The notes under the pieces are model-generated. The model was not told the DNA's origin, made no database searches, and saw only the letters and a list, made by a program, of their open reading frames with translations. From an uncultured delta proteobacterium (GTDB lineage Bacteria; Desulfobacterota; Zymogenia; Zymogenales; Zymogenaceae): DNA of 64,000 nucleotides. The stretch lies in the NCBI GenBank assembly GCA_963735595.1, contig CAVTLK010000004.1:384001-448000 (forward strand), in the 5' to 3' direction. The position numbers and the translations under genes were made by a program. Numbering within the stretch: the stretch's first letter is position 1; every line of letters starts with the position of its first letter. This document shows positions 63,026-64,000 of this stretch, one piece after another.

Positions 63026-63760
63026 ATGAAAGATATGAAAAATATCCCCCGACACGTGGCTATCATCATGGACGGGAACGGCCGGTGGGCCAAGGAGAAA
63101 AACCTTCCCCGAGTTGAAGGCCACCGCAGGGGAAGCGAGGTGGTCAGGAAGATCGTGGAGGTCAGCCGGGAAACCGGGATAAAGGTCCTTACCCTCTACG
63201 CCTTTTCGGAAGAAAACTGGAACCGCCCCAAGGACGAGGTACAGGCGCTCATGGGCCTCTTGGCCGAGTTCCTCCAATCAGAACTTCCCAAGATGATGAA
63301 TGAGCGTATTCGACTCTGTGCGATCGGGAGGTTCTCTCAGCTTCCGGATATCGTCCGCCGGATCCTTCTCGAGACCGTCGCGTCCACCAAGGACAACGGC
63401 GGTATGACGCTTAACCTTGCCCTCTCCTACAGCGGAAGGGGTGAGATCGTCGATGCCGCCAAAGAAATCGCGGCGGAGGTTGCCGAAAAGCGGGTGACGC
63501 TCGAAGAAATCGACGAGGATATGATCGCCCGTCACCTCTATACAAAAAGCCTACCCGATCCCGACCTCCTTATCCGTACCAGCGGGGAGATGCGGATCTC
63601 GAACTTTCTCCTGTTTCAGGCAGCCTATACGGAGCTCTTCTTCACGCAGACCCTCTGGCCCGATTTTACCAAAGAGGAGTTTTTGTCTGTATTGAAGGAC
63701 TTTTCGAGACGGGAGCGGCGTTACGGACTGACCAGTGAGCAGCTTTCGGAAAAGGCGTAA
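63026..63760 (+). CDS. uppS: Undecaprenyl diphosphate synthase
   Basis: HVAIIMDGNGRWA, YAFS.ENW.RP, LIRTSGE.RISNFLL. Confidence 0.97.
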   Translation: MKDMKNIPRHVAIIMDGNGRWAKEKNLPRVEGHRRGSEVVRKIVEVSRETGIKVLTLYAFSEENWNRPKDEVQALMGLLAEFLQSELPKMMNERIRLCAIGRFSQLPDIVRRILLETVASTKDNGGMTLNLALSYSGRGEIVDAAKEIAAEVAEKRVTLEEIDEDMIARHLYTKSLPDPDLLIRTSGEMRISNFLLFQAAYTELFFTQTLWPDFTKEEFLSVLKDFSRRERRYGLTSEQLSEKA

Positions 63761-63914
63761 ATGAGATTCGCGGCCATCGTGTTTGCCCCGTGGAACCCTA
63801 TGGCGCCCCGCCTCGCCGCGACAACAGGGACGACGAGGACTTAAGGCCGGCGCCGCGAAGCGGCGATCCACGCGCCGTCCCGTACGTGCCAATCACATTA
63901 TAATGGAGCCGTAT

Positions 63915-64000
63915 ATGTTAGCCGCCCGTCTTCTTACCGCCGCAGTGGCCATTCCGTTGGTATTGGCCATTATCATCCTCGGCGGAAATCTCGGCTTTTT
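63915..64000 (+). CDS. cdsA: Probable phosphatidate cytidylyltransferase, N-terminus only
   Basis: MLAARLLTAAVAIPLVLAIIILGG after GGAG; canonical position after uppS; truncated by the window edge. Confidence 0.7.
   Translation, partial: MLAARLLTAAVAIPLVLAIIILGGNLGF

Overview
Mostly core bacterial chromosome with GC-rich coding DNA and AT-richer promoter regions. The gene orders lpxC-DUF4390-ntrY-ntrX, tig-clpP-clpX-lon, M23-secA-argJ and rpsB-tsf-pyrH-frr-uppS-cdsA, the short EF-Ts, superoxide reductase and an iron-sulfur flavoprotein suggest a Gram-negative anaerobe of Desulfobacterota/deltaproteobacterial type (inference, not searched). The window also holds panBCD, rpsU, queH, a DEAD-box helicase, rarA, a Na/Pi cotransporter, six tRNAs (Asp, Val, Leu, Lys x2, Glu) and dnaB-rplI-rpsR-rpsF. 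Several housekeeping genes (ntrY, ntrX, lon, clpP, tig, secA) are broken by single-base indels that look like assembly errors. I saw no integrase, transposase, phage, CRISPR or rRNA. The most interesting content is: (1) four dispersed stand-alone V4R-domain paralogs sharing a five-Cys motif, each behind its own promoter region; (2) an operon with a helical protein, an SPFH triple-zinc-ribbon protein and three YdjG-like zinc-ribbon proteins, i.e. a candidate PspA-less envelope system; (3) a non-HemL class III aminotransferase with a VOC and a PaaG-like crotonase; (4) an SDR that has lost its catalytic YxxxK, divergent from a TetR-M24-Isf unit; (5) structured leaders, REP-like elements and apparently leaderless promoters. 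All family calls come from motif recognition by eye.
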